From Welwitschia mirabilis (Eukaryota): DNA of 64,000 nucleotides. Under the pieces are notes generated by a model that did not search any database, was not told the origin of the DNA, and was given only the letters and a program-made list of their open reading frames with translations. The translations under genes were made by a program, and so were the position numbers. Of this stretch, positions 25,644-37,930 are shown piece after piece. The stretch covers positions 923,004 to 987,003 of the forward strand of contig JBOZIK010000001.1 of NCBI GenBank assembly GCA_051453625.1. Reading direction: 5' to 3'. Each line of letters starts with the position of its first letter. The first letter of the stretch is position 1.

Positions 25644-28600
25644 TTCCCTCCCTCTTAGGAATCGTGCTCATCCTCAAGTACAGTCTCTTCTCAATTTGTA
25701 TTACTTCTAAAACCATACTCCTAAATTATTTTTTGTAGGATCTACAAAACATAATGGAAAAGAGGAGATATTATTTAATTATAGATACATTAATAATATA
25801 ATACAAAAATGGTATATCAAGATTTATTGTTAAAAAAATATGAGGAAGATTTCCTGAGTGTACTCCTTATTTTTCCATATTTGCTGATTATAATGGGTTC
25901 ATTAAATAAGTACTTCATCGATACTTTTATTTCTTAATTGCCTAGATCTGGTACTTAGAACTTGTTTTAGTTAAACAGCAAAAGCTAAATTGGGCTTAAG
26001 CATGATATGTTACTAGTTCAAGTATAGTCTTAGTTTTTATCTTCATGATATGGTTTCATAGTGCTCACATGAAAAACTGGATGTACTTAGAACATTTAAG
26101 GAGGAATCTCTAGTTTGTATGCTAGATCCTCGATCTTTTTAATAATCTTGAAAGGACCATAGAATCATGATGCTAATTTTTTATATTTTCTAATTTTTAA
26201 GAATTTTTTTTGGCTTGATTCTTAAAAGTATTTGTTCACCTATCTGAAATATGCGGGTCTGATGCTTCTGATCATAATATTTCTTATGTCGATTTTGTGT
26301 TTCTTATAGCTATCTTTCTATTTTATTTATTACTTCTTCCATCATTTTTAATTCTGAAGGATGCTGCCTTTTTTGACCTTTATGAAGAATATAACCATGT
26401 AACAGGTGTAGAACAGTTTGTGTCATACATTGCTTTGAATGGCGAACAGTGTCTGGAAGTCTAGAATGTCTGGTTATAACAAAATTCTACCAGATATAGG
26501 TAGTTCTCCCATTGTTTGGAACTTCATGATAGATAACGCATTAAAGTGTCTTCTAATATACGATCTATTCTTTCTATTTGACCATCTATTTCTAAGTGGT
26601 AAGCCATATCAAAACTGAGCCTAGTACCCAAGCGATGGAATAATCTTTGTAAAAATTTAGATAATAACTTTGGATCTCAATCAGATACTATAACTTGAGG
26701 TGTATCATATAACCTAAAAACTTCCTTTACAAAATGGAGAGCTAGTTCTTTAGCTATATTAGTACTTTGAACTTCAATAAAATGAGCCATCTTGGTTAAT
26801 CTATCTACACAAATAAAAATTACATCATGCTGTTTACTAGTGATGGGTAAAACAATGATGAAATCCATAGATATCTCTTCCCATTTCCACAATGATATTC
26901 CCAATGACTAAAGGAGTCTAGTGGGTCTTCCTTGGTCAATTTTCATCTATTGGTATATAGGAGATTTGTGGACGTATCCTTTAAATATGACTTCATTCTG
27001 GGCTAAAAGTAGTACTTCCATAACTGGTGGTAGTTTCTAATAAATTCTAGATGTCCTACATAAGAAAATTTATGTAGTTCAGACATTATCTTCCTTCTCC
27101 ATAGACTTGTGAGATGTATATTTGTCTTCTCTTTAGAAGGAATCTATGTCGTGAGATCATGTATGTATCTACTTCTTTTTCTTCTTGAATCTATTGGTAT
27201 ATGTCCTTGAATTATGGGTATTCTTTTAAGGAAGTTTTAAAAAAGGTGGGTAAGTCAGATGTGACAGTGATATCTAACATACACCGCACCCTGCTTAAAG
27301 TGTCTACTACTTTATTCTCCTTTTTAAGGGTGTACTAAAACTTGAAATCATATTTTGCAAGTAACTTATCACATCTCCATTATCATATATTTAGAAGGAT
27401 TTATTTATAAAAGTACTCTAATCTTTTATGATATATTTTGAGGAGGAATTCACTTTCATAAGACAATGCCTTCAAACTTTCAAGGCATGCACTATGGCTA
27501 ATAGTTTCAAGTAATGCATAGGATAGTTCTTCTCATCTAGTTTAATTTCTATGATTCATATGCAATCACCTAGTTATCTTAGCTGAGAACGGATCTTATT
27601 CCTTGGGCAGAAGCATCTGTGGTGACTATAAATGATCTGTTTACATCTACAATCTTGAGGACTGATGTAGTTATGAATAGCAAATTCAATCTAAGAAATG
27701 ACTTCTTGCATTTACCATTAAATAAGAATGTTTTTATTTCTTTGATTAAATCTATTAATGGTCCTATAAGTTGAGAAAATCCTGAAACAAATTTCCAATA
27801 GAAGTCAGCCAATCCCAAAAAACTTTGTACTTGAGTGGTGTCTTTTAATTTTGGCCATTCCCTTGCGACTTGTACTTTGATTGGTTCTAATATAATTTCT
27901 TTACTAGAGATGATATGTTCCACATAATTGATTTCTATTTGGAAGAATTTGCATTTGATTAAGTTCATCTTGAATTTATGCTTGGATAGAACCTGTAGCA
28001 CTTTTATCAAATGTGTAATATGATCATCTTAGTTTTTAGAATATATTAGAATACTATCTAAAATAAAAACTACAAATTTATCCAAGTATGATAAAAAATA
28101 TCATTCATTAAATTCATAAAAATAGATGGGACATTTGTAAACTAAAAAGCATTACTGCAAATTTGTATTGTCCATATCTTGTTCTAAAAGCAATCTTGTA
28201 GATGTCTTTATCCTTGATACAGATTTGGTGATAGCCAAATTTTAAATCAATCTTAATGATCATGGTAATGGGTATCTATTCTTAATGGTCACTTTGTTAA
28301 GTTATCTGTAGTCAAGGTAGAGCTGTAAAGTATCATCATTCTTTTTAACAAATAATACTAGTGCCCTACATGATAACATGCTAGGATGAATCTTTTCTTC
28401 GAATAACAACTGTTTGATCTGTAACTTCAATTCTCTTAAGTCTCTCACTGAGAAATAGTAAGATGCTCTAGCTATTGACAATAATCTAAGAATTAAATCA
28501 ATTGCATGCTGTACTTTTCTCTTAGGTGGTAGCATTTTTGAGTCTTCAAATACATTTAAAAATTATTTCAGTTCTTTTAGTATAGATAAATCTTCTTTAT

Positions 28601-29220
28601 GATCTTTTGCTTGTACTAGGGTAATGAACACCTATTTCTTTTTGACAGGTTTAGCAATTCATTTGGGTGAGATTAAAAAGATCTCCTTACTCTTTTCCTT
28701 CCCTTTAAAAACTTGTTCTCCAAATCAATGGGATAGTGCACTGCAATGTTCAATGGTGGAAGTTAATTCAAACATTATATCTAACTAAGAAAGAAATTTA
28801 TAGAATGGCATGGTATTCTCTAATTTGAAAAATATAAAACTTATTCCTAATCTATAAGTCATGAATGATAAAAATATGAGAGAAATAGTCCCATCTTATG
28901 GAAGAATGTTACCCCCTACAACTCCTATGATGGACTCTTATTCTTTAAAAGGGGTAATATTTAATTTGTAAAATTAAGATGGTGAAATAGAATTATGTGA
29001 TGCACCATTATTGACTAATAATGAAACAAAAAAAGATGAAATGTAACCATAGAACTCTAAGATGAAGTATTGGTTATGAATCATACCTATTTGAATGGCA
29101 ACATAGGATCATTTGGATGGTATGGGTTGATTCTAAAGATTTTAAAGCTAATTTTGCTAAGAAACATTTGATGATTATGATTTGGAAGGATAGTTCCTAG
29201 CTATGTGGCATCTTTTATGG
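25228..29220 (-). mobile_element. Ty3/gypsy chromovirus-like (Tekay-like) element, copy 1, 5' end lost in a gap
   Basis: 3' LTR and PPT, chromodomain-like RQLRNKSIDEVLI (~25906-25945), integrase WEEISMDFI…VDRLTKMAHF, RNase H VTTDASAQGI, RT LVLFVKKNDDTLQLYLDYR, protease LLVNNGASHN (~28990-29020), and a zinc-knuckle remnant at ~29190-29220. Confidence 0.9.
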
Positions 29221-29320
29221 NNNNNNNNNNNNNNNNNNNNNNNNNNNNNNNNNNNNNNNNNNNNNNNNNNNNNNNNNNNNNNNNNNNNNNNNNNNNNNNN
29301 NNNNNNNNNNNNNNNNNNNN

Positions 29321-30830
29321 CTCAATCACATTAGATGTTACTACCTCTCTTACTGAAAAGTGGTATGATTACAAGATAAACTCTAGAACATCATTGTGTG
29401 TTTGACTACAAATGTTATGTCCATATCCCTTATGAACATCATGATAAACTTAATGCACATGCTTACATTAGCATGTTTATTAGTTATTCATCAGGCCAAA
29501 AGGTAGATCATATGTACCTTTCTAAGCATGGAATAATCATAATCTCTTGTGATGGCATCTTCTTAGAAAACTCACAAGATAATTCTTAGTTAGATTCCTC
29601 TAAGATTTGTAATTTCTCCCACCTAGTAATGATTCTGTATGCTTAATATCCCATAGTTGTAGGGGAAGATGTATCCACTAATGCTTGAATTCTTTCCAGT
29701 TAAATTGGAATGTTCACATTACAACATATAGGAATTCAGAAATTTTGTGTACCTAACACTTATGCACATGATTCTAGTAGTAGTTCATTAGATAGTCTGA
29801 TTGTGAATGCTAATAATGCCTAGAGGAAAAGACAAAGCACTTCATTAGAATCTACTCTACAAGATGTTAATGATGATGAGAAGGATAAAACCGATACTAG
29901 GCAAATCTCACATACAGCTGTTGAGGATGATGATGAGCTTTATTTAACTTTTGATGATGAGCCAGCCTGATTTAACGATGCTATTTAACATGATCATTGG
30001 ATAAAAGCCATGTTGGAAATGGTACTTGATAGTTGGTTGACCTTTCATTAGGATGCATTGTGTTATCTAATAAATAGGTTTTTCTTAACAAGTATAATGC
30101 GGAAATACTCTTGAATGACACAAAGCTCAACTTGTTGCTATAGGCCTATGATAAAATAAAGGACTTGATTATAATGAAGTCTTTACACTAACAACAAAAA
30201 GGACTACTATTAGAACAATGATTATTTTAGTAGCATAGAAAGGATGGAAGACACTTCAATTAGATCTAAAGATTGTCTTCCATCATGAAGACCTAAAAGA
30301 AGAGTTCCACATGATAATGGAAAAAGGGTTTGAAGTGAAAGGCAGGAATAGAAGATGAATAGACTAATAAAGTCTCTATATGGGCTAAAAAGCACTAAGA
30401 GCATGGTATACTAAGATTCCAAATTATTTCAACACCATTAAATTTAGATTATGCAAATATTAATATATTGATGTCACATTATTCGTTAAAATCGATTAAA
30501 GAAAATCTACATTTATAATTGTGTATGTAGGTGACATGATAATTATTAGAAGCAATGAAGTTGATGTTAAAGGAACAAGATTTGATCTAAGTGAGGCAAT
30601 CAAAATTTTTAATCTCTGATTGAGAAGATTCTATCTTGACATAGAATTCATTTAGAAGAAGGATGAAATCTTCTTGATTCAAAAGAAGTACATCAAAGAC
30701 TTGCTTCAAAATTTTGGATTAGAAAATGCCGAAGACATTATAATGCCTTTGGAAAGAAATTCTATATTTACTAATGAAGACTCGAAAGCTATAGATGAGA
30801 TTGAATATAAAAGACTTCTCCATATGGGAC
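29321..30830 (+). mobile_element. Degenerate Ty1/copia integrase C-terminus plus RT (a different copy from the host)
   Basis: EKWYDYK…VFDYKCYVHIPYEHHDKLNA…FISYSSGQK, then KSLYGLK (~30369-30390), IVYVGDMIII (YVDD-like, ~30518-30547) and IQKKYIKDLLQNFGL. Confidence 0.8.
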
Positions 30831-31606
30831 TCATAGTGACTACCTACTATTTCTACAATAAGGAAGATAGTTTCTAACATTATTTAAAATGTTTGAACAT
30901 GGGTTCTTACACCCTTTTAAGGATTTAATTTAACTTGTAAGCATATTCTTCTTAAAGATATACCACATGTTCTAAGGTCTTATTTATTTTGTTGTGAGTA
31001 TTTCAAACTTCACATCCTTCACATGATTTAGAAAGAACAACACAATCATATTTTTCATAGAATTGATGACTTTACTTTTCTAGAATTATGATTTAAGGCT
31101 TTAATTTTGTAAAATATTACTTCTTAAATCCACAATCAGGTGTCAAAATTTAGTTAGACATTTATTATCTCCTCTAGTTATTAGAGCATTGGTCAGATGA
31201 TGCTTCATCAGAATTTGATTGTTCCATAACATATCTTTTCATTTAAATTTTCATGTCTGCCCCTACAAGCTTATAGTTAGTAGATAAAGCAAAGACTATA
31301 AGAGTGATTTTATACCGTTGAAGAACCATGTAACGAAGGATGCTTAAAGCTCTTTATTACTTTCAAAGATTTTATATTTNNNNNNNNNNTGCCCCTGCTC
31401 CACACACCCCCTACCTCCCCCTCCTTGCTTCCTTTACCCCCACCCTTTTTTGCCTCCAAAGTTACGTTGTCTTTATAGTCTTAACATAGGCTTCTTAAGC
31501 TTACACTTATTATGTATTTCGGATTTTTTAACAGTTAATGTCAAACTAATATTGGATGTCCAACATAACTCTTATAAATCATAATTTTTATTATTTTGTC
31601 AATGCT

Positions 31607-31756
31607 CTCTTTTTTTTTCTTTCTTTCTTTTTTTTTTTTAAAGGAGTGTGGAGTGAGAAGAGTGTGAGTAGAGAACACCTACCAACACTTTAGGTTTAAA
31701 CTTAGGAACTTGAGGTTCACAGGCTCAAGGATATCCCAACCTCAATTTGAGCTATG
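31607..31756 (-). mobile_element. tRNA-derived SINE-like element with A-rich tail (family 2)
   Basis: Minus strand has A-box-like TAGCTCAAATTG (31754-31743), B-box-like AGTTTAAACC (31702-31693), a short body and an A-rich tail (T-tract ~31607-31639). No TSD identified. Confidence 0.45.
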
Positions 31757-32599
31757 TATAAAGGACATACTAGTCTAATATTACATATCATATCACAAAT
31801 AATATTTTAGTTTTATTAATTGTGTTTATCTTTTTTTAATTTTGTAATTCCTAAGAAAATAAAAGTTACTCTAGAAGTGTCATTCATGTGACCAATACTA
31901 TGAAATTTTTTTTTTTGATTGCAAAGTAGACACAAAATTTTATTAGAGATGAAAATAAATTTATGTAAAGTAAATAATGCAAAAAAAATGTTTAGCTTAA
32001 ATAAAACAAATTTAAAAAATCATAGAATTTTTTATTACAATTTATTCCTTAATGAATAGTTTAATTAGATGATCTCACATCTCTTAATGAATGATTAGCC
32101 CTCCAAATTCAAGCAATACATCTTCATTCATAATCAAAGTGTAACAAAACTTTCTAGGATTTGTTAAATTCATTTTTATTTATATTTTTTTCATATTATT
32201 AATCAAGAGAGTAAGACCTTCAAACTAACATTTTTTAATTCATAAAATGCCACATTTATTTTTTAATAAATTATCCATTAAAACATAATAAATAATAAAA
32301 TATAAAATTATTTTAATTTTAGATATTATATATACTTTATATCCCATATTAAAATTTTCATAACCATTTGCATTTAAGAAGTTTAAAGCAGTGACAAATT
32401 TAAATTTTAATAATTAATTAAATTTATTCAGATACTCATGAGCCTTGCAACCATATATATATGCATGTATGTATGCAGCAGCAGACCAACTTTGATTGGC
32501 TTACCTAACTTTGATCCCCTGAGACCACCTTAGGCACTCCGACATCACAACGCTGACGAAACTAAAACTTACGTAGGTAGCAAACACGAATTATTTCAA

Positions 32600-32605
32600 T
32601 TTATT
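32600..32605 (-). promoter_or_regulatory. Candidate polyadenylation signal AATAAA of the AAA-ATPase gene
   Basis: TTTATT on the + strand, ~37 nt past the stop codon. Confidence 0.3.
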
Positions 32606-32641
32606 AATAAAAACCGTCGGCTGCGGTCAAGAGCCATTTTC

Positions 32642-34072
32642 CTACTGCTCAAGACATTCCTCCTCCGCTTGCTCGCTCTTCTTGTCTCTGCGTTCACGGA
32701 GATCCGCAAGTAGACGACTAAGAGCAAACGTGGCGTCATCGCACCCCCTCATGAGATACTCTGCGACATCAGCAGGAGTGATTTCCGCCTGTGTAATAAC
32801 CTCCTCTATCTCATCAAACAGACTGTGATGTTCAATATCCAAGTAATTTTTGGCAAGAACCTTAAAAGCGCCGAAGCCACAGTAAGACAGATGAATATGC
32901 TTATCCATCCGACCAGGCCGCAGAAGAGCCGGATCCAGACGCTCCTTGTGATTGGTCGTAAACACGAAGATTCTCTCGCTCCCGCAACAGGACCACAGTC
33001 CATCTGTAAAATTCAGAACTCCCGACAACGTCACCTTGCTATCGTCTTTCTTCTTCTTTTCGTCTTCTTTCTTCTGTGTTTCCAGTAGGTCGCCACTTGC
33101 GACTGTTTTCGCATCTTCTTCCTTCTTTTCTTTCCCATGCTTCTTGCGGTTAGACAGATCAAGAGAGCAATCAATATCTTCGATAACAATAATCGACTTA
33201 TTAGTAGTGTTGATAAGCAGTTTTCTGAGATCAGTGTTGCTCTGGACTTCGGTCAGCTCGAGATCATAGATATCATAATCAAGATAATTCGCCATGGCAG
33301 CAATCATACTGGACTTTCCAGTACCAGGGGGACCGAAGAGAAGGTATCCTCGCTTCCAAGCCCTCCCCACCTTCTTGTAAAAGTTTTCTCCGTCCTTGAA
33401 CTTGTCGAGATCTCGAAGAATGTCTTCCTTGAGCTCTGGTTCGAGAGCCAAAGTTTCAAATGTGGAGGGATGTTCGAATGGAACTGCAGCCCAGGGCTTC
33501 GAAGAATGGTCGTGACGTGGGGAATCTGACCTGCTGCCTGTGTTAGTAAAGATCTTCCTTTGTCGACGCTTCATTTCTGCAACTTTAGCTTCCAACAGGA
33601 TGTAAGGAAGGTACTTGTCGACAACGAGGGTCTTGTGTTGGCGATGGAAGGTAAGTTCGAGGTGGCGTCGATCGTCGGGACAGCGCCAGAAGACCATGGC
33701 GTTCTTGAGGGGTCTGCTGCGCAGAATCCACCAGAACTTTGCGTTGTTGAATTCGTCGGTAACACGCTCGTTGCTGTCTGCAGAAAAGGAGAAATCCTTG
33801 GAGCTTGGGGGTTTCTTCAGAACGAGCCGCTTCGCGAGAGAAGAAGCTTTCTCGCTGAGATAGTGCTGGATTGCGTCGTACAGTTCGCTGTTGCGGAAAC
33901 CGTCACTCTCCTCGATTTTCATGGTGATATAGGGCATGAGAAAGCCGAGAACGTTGAGATATTTTTCATGGCATAAGTCGTAAAAGCTAGGCGGGATCAA
34001 TTCCCTGGCGAGGGACCTCAAGAACATAAGAGTCATCATGATGGAACCGAAGTTAGACCAGAGAGTTGCCAT
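32642..34072 (-). CDS. Plant BCS1-like AAA-ATPase (AAA_assoc N-terminal domain + AAA domain; At5g57480/At4g25835-like), intronless, 476 aa
   Basis: Uninterrupted ATG-to-TAG ORF with a hydrophobic N-terminus and family motifs FEHPSTFETLAL and RAWKRGYLLFGPPGTGKS (Walker A). Also IIVIEDID (Walker B), VTLSGVLNFTDGLWSCCGSERIFVFTTNH and LDPALLRPGRMDKHI (SRH/Arg finger). High GC with CpG retained. Confidence 0.97.
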   Translation of the reverse strand: MATLWSNFGSIMMTLMFLRSLARELIPPSFYDLCHEKYLNVLGFLMPYITMKIEESDGFRNSELYDAIQHYLSEKASSLAKRLVLKKPPSSKDFSFSADSNERVTDEFNNAKFWWILRSRPLKNAMVFWRCPDDRRHLELTFHRQHKTLVVDKYLPYILLEAKVAEMKRRQRKIFTNTGSRSDSPRHDHSSKPWAAVPFEHPSTFETLALEPELKEDILRDLDKFKDGENFYKKVGRAWKRGYLLFGPPGTGKSSMIAAMANYLDYDIYDLELTEVQSNTDLRKLLINTTNKSIIVIEDIDCSLDLSNRKKHGKEKKEEDAKTVASGDLLETQKKEDEKKKKDDSKVTLSGVLNFTDGLWSCCGSERIFVFTTNHKERLDPALLRPGRMDKHIHLSYCGFGAFKVLAKNYLDIEHHSLFDEIEEVITQAEITPADVAEYLMRGCDDATFALSRLLADLRERRDKKSEQAEEECLEQ

Positions 34073-34490
34073 TCTCTTTGTTTTCGGGAGCGTATCAGAG
34101 ACGGGACTCGGGAGGCGCTTTGGGATCCGGGGCGGAGGGATGCAGCCGTTTTATGAAGAGAAGGGCAGGGGCGTTCAGGGAAATTGCAGAGATTCAAGTC
34201 GTTCTTGACCAGTGGACTTAGTAAATATCGCGGAATGTGCAAAAGGCATGAATTTCACTGGTTCGACTATTGGGCGGTTTGTATTTGTCGGGATCGGAAG
34301 AGTCTGTATTCGCTAGTTATTAGGGCACGTGCATGCGGAACCAACGATAGCTCTCGGGCCAAATAAGATGACAAGAAAATGCAAAGAAAGAGAGGATGCT
34401 GTCGGGTCTCATCCTGTGACGCTTCGATGCTCGAGTTAATAATCAGACACTTACGTTTTCACTGTGGTCCGTCAACCTGCTGGCCTCATG
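34073..34490 (-). promoter_or_regulatory. 5' UTR / proximal promoter of the AAA-ATPase
   Basis: CpG-rich up to ~34490. TATA-like CATAAAA on the minus strand (~34149-34155), W-box TTGACC (34205-34210), G-box CACGTG (34326-34331), TGACG (34417-34421). Confidence 0.5.
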
Positions 34491-34829
34491 CATATTTATA
34501 AGGTTATTGATATAAGCCTATTCTTGGTTTTTTAATCACTAAAGGTTGGGATTATTAAATTAATTATTAGGTAGGGTGATCCTTTGTAAATAATTGGCAG
34601 CATATTGCTTTATTATCTGTTTTGGTTTCCTAAAAAGTAACAGTTGTGGTTAAATATACTGATAATTAAATTGATTAGTATTTGTAAATAATTGGTGGCC
34701 TATTATTTTATTATCTATTCTTTATAAGATTATGGCTAAAGCAATTGTAAATAAGGTAAACCCTATGTTAATCATTTAGTGCTAGAAGAATAGACAAGAT
34801 TGTGCAGTAGAAGATATATTCTTGAAAAC

Positions 34830-37090
34830 GTTTTGACTACCATTGAAGGTTTAAATGGGCTTCTAATTGTGTTAATAAAGCTTTGCTTCTTCAATTAGAT
34901 TTTGATAAGACTTACGACAGAATGAGCTAAGAGTATCTTTCGAACCCTCTGGATCACTTGCAGTTATCAATTTATTTGACTTATTAAGCTACTTTTTGCT
35001 AATGCATCAGCTATGCTTTTTGTTAGTGGCATCAAATATGAGATCTTTCCTTTGCAAAGCTCTATTCAACAGGGTTGCTTGTTTCTCCTTATTTGTCTAT
35101 TATAGCTTTTGGTAGGTTTAGCGTACTTGCTTAGACAATTTGAGAGTGATGATTTGTTATGGTGAATTGATTTACCAGGTAGTGAAAAATCTCTTCTTTT
35201 CAACAACTATGCTGATGATACATTTTTAGTGTTACAAAACATAGATGGTAACATCTATGCTACCTAGTCCACTATTGAGATATTTTGTATATCTTCTACT
35301 TCCGAAATTAATTGGAATAAATCTGTGATGCTTACCATCTAACAACACCCAATCAAAAGTTAGATATGAAAATTACTTGGATTTAACTAGAGGAACCCTT
35401 TAGATTGTTTGGAATTTTTACTTTCCTTGTAGTTTTGTGAGATGAACATTAGAAGTATATGCTTTAGAAGATTAATTAAGGACAAAATCAAGAAATGGCA
35501 CAACAAACCACTTCCTTTAGTAAGGCATTAAGTGTTAGTGAAATACATTCTTTTAACTATTTTTAGTGAAACACATTCTTTTAACTATTTTCATTTACTT
35601 TTCAAGCTTTATGATTCATTTAGCTAAAGCTTTCCATGCATATACATCCACTCTTTTTAATTTTTCATGGCATACTCAACCCACTAAAAAAAGGATTTTA
35701 GAGGTTGTTTGGACAAAGTGTATTCTTCTAATTGAGTTAGATAATCTTGAAATTCCAGATTCACGTAAGTAAGATTTTGCTCTTGCCATTAAAACAATCA
35801 TTCAAGCTTTTGTTTTGATTATGAAGATTGGTAAAAAAATTTTAAGTCCTGTGACTATAAGTAGCCTCTATGCAACATAAGTGGCCTTTGATATTTACAA
35901 TACTCTCTTATTTTATTTAACTGAAAAGTTAAGAATATAGATGGGACTCGTTTCTTTTAGATTCTATTGGATTGTTGGTTGAAGTGAAGATATTTTTTTA
36001 TGAATTTATCACTTGTTTTGTGATTACCTTGTTATTGCTGAGCTTTCAGTTTTGCATAATATTTTGTTTAAAACGATCGATTACTTAATAGTATGAAGGA
36101 AAATGGTTTTGTCTTTTGTAGTAATTTTAAAATGGAATGATCATGTTGCGATAAACTCTACTCAGTCTTACATTTATATGTAATCGCAATCATTTTGAAT
36201 AGTGGATCAAGCCTCAGCCTAAGCTATGAATTTTTTGGATTTAATTCATTGAAAAAATTGACACATAATTAATCTTTCAGTTAAAGACATTTATACTTCT
36301 CTATCTAAGGATATTGATTAAACTAAGATTTTAGCAAAGTGGAGTTTAGACAACATTGTTAATTGGTCAAAAATATTGAAGAGGATCTTGAAAGCTCTAA
36401 ATTACTATATGGCTAATATTTTCATATGGTTGCTTTCTCATTAGGCTCTACCTCTTGATGAACATTTGTAACACTTTCATAACAAGGAGGTTAAATATAA
36501 TGTCCATAATGGGGAAGTGATAAGTCTTTTTGGCATTTTCTACATGAATTAGTTTAGATTTAAAATTTAGCTACATTATTTTTAGTGTGACTTCAAATAC
36601 CATGGCTTAATTTTTCAAGTGATCTGCAATAAAGTTATATGCAATAGAATAGGAAAAATGTTAATTTGTTTTTGTACTTCCAATGTTTATATGAGCTTTG
36701 TAAGATAAGATGCTTCAAGATATTCTAACATACTAATGAAAAATACACTTTTATAATTTTCAAATATCTATCTATAACTCAACTTCAACTGATGGCATAA
36801 AATTAGAAAATTCTTCTAGAGGCTTAATATTTAAATCATTTGGTAATTTTTGGATAAGAACTAGAAGTTAAAATTGATTATTTTTTTCTATATTATTTTC
36901 TTCTTGTATTTCTGTAGTTGTAGTTGGCTAGTCTTTTTTGGTCCTACCTCTCTTTCTTATATTTATTTTATGTAAAAGAATCATGTTGCTAAGGTGAGGT
37001 TCTCAAAGATTTCTCCTCACCTCTGTCTATAGCCTTCTTGTATATGTCTATTAGTTTTAATGAAATATCTATGTTTCCCCTTTCTTAAAT
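34830..37090 (+). mobile_element. 5'-truncated L1-like LINE (RT to zf-RVT region), degenerate
   Basis: LLQLDFDKTYDRMS*, SIQQGC, QHYADDTF (~35201-35225), and FIWLLSH*ALP (zf-RVT-like, ~36421). Confidence 0.8.
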
Positions 37091-37104
37091 GAATTAGTTT
37101 ATTT

Positions 37105-37167
37105 AAAGATTCAAATCCATAACCTCCATACTAAGGATGAGTATCTCACAAATTAAAATACCATTCC
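37105..37167 (-). mobile_element. Decayed tRNA-derived SINE-like head (family 1)
   Basis: GATTCAAATCCATAACCTCCATACTAAGGATGAG matches ATTAGAATCCATGACTCCTATATAAAGGATGAC at ~5551. Confidence 0.4.
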
Positions 37168-37426
37168 TTTAACAATGATTCAAATATTATGACTTGCTAC
37201 CTCCCCAAGTTTTACTACTCGTGTGTTGAAAGCCTAAGGATTACTTAAAAGTAAAGGGTAAGGTGATAGTCTTACTTTAATTGATAGCATATTATATGGA
37301 CATGAATTTAGTTGTTATAGTGATGTCTTACCAACTATTGCATATATTACTTTTGGAGATAATTATAAGCTTTTTAATTCCCTTGCCTAAATCTATCTTT
37401 AACTTGTAATTTTATATAGCATTTAG

Positions 37427-37930
37427 GAGCTTTCTAAGAAAGCTATTTTTTAGCACCTTAAGCATAACTTCTAGATTCTTAGGGGTGAAATATGAGCTCT
37501 TCTGGAATGAAGCTTTTTAACTCTAGGTTCTAGCTTAAAAAAAATTTGTAAATGGGAAATAGTTGATATAATTATTATAATAAGAACTTAATCCTTTTCT
37601 ATTATGGTTATGTTTTTTTCATTTCCCTTAATTGAGATACTTTTTTAATAGTCTAACTCATAGCCATAAAGAAAAGCTTCCTTGGAGAGTTATTTTTAGC
37701 ATCTTAATCATAAGCTCCAAATTCTTAGGAGAGAAATATGAGATCTTATGGAATGTAGCTTTTCAACTCAAAATTTAAGTTTAAAAACTTCTTATAAATG
37801 GAAGGTAGTTGGTATAATTCTTGTAAGAAGAATTTAAACCTTTTTTTATCATGCTCATGTTCTTCATTTCCCCTACCCTCATCCCTTGTTAAAAGACCTT
37901 TTCAAGAATCAAACTTATAACCACAAAGAG
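37427..37930. repeat. Two-copy tandem repeat, ~246 bp period
   Basis: TTTTTAGCA-CTTAA-CATAA…TTCTTAGG-G-GAAATATGAG…TGGAATG…CATTTCCC occurs at ~37427-37672 and ~37673-37930. Confidence 0.8.

Noticed and set aside
18558..30877. Short ORFs with RT/RNase H/integrase similarity as functional genes
   Set aside because: They are fragments of stop- and frameshift-riddled retrotransposon pol genes with mutated catalytic motifs.
32806..34366. Several overlapping antisense and alternate-frame ORFs (60-138 aa) over the ATPase locus
   Set aside because: Expected shadows of a GC-rich coding region with few stop codons. No independent motifs.
34073..34500. Mitochondrial dysfunction motif (CTTG-N5-CAMG) known from Arabidopsis OM66/BCS1 promoters
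   Set aside because: I checked the CTTG sites near 34190-34210 on both strands and found no match.
35535..35591. ~29 bp tandem duplication (TAGTGAAA-ACATTCTTTTAACTATTTT)
   Set aside because: Ordinary post-insertion slippage within a dead LINE.
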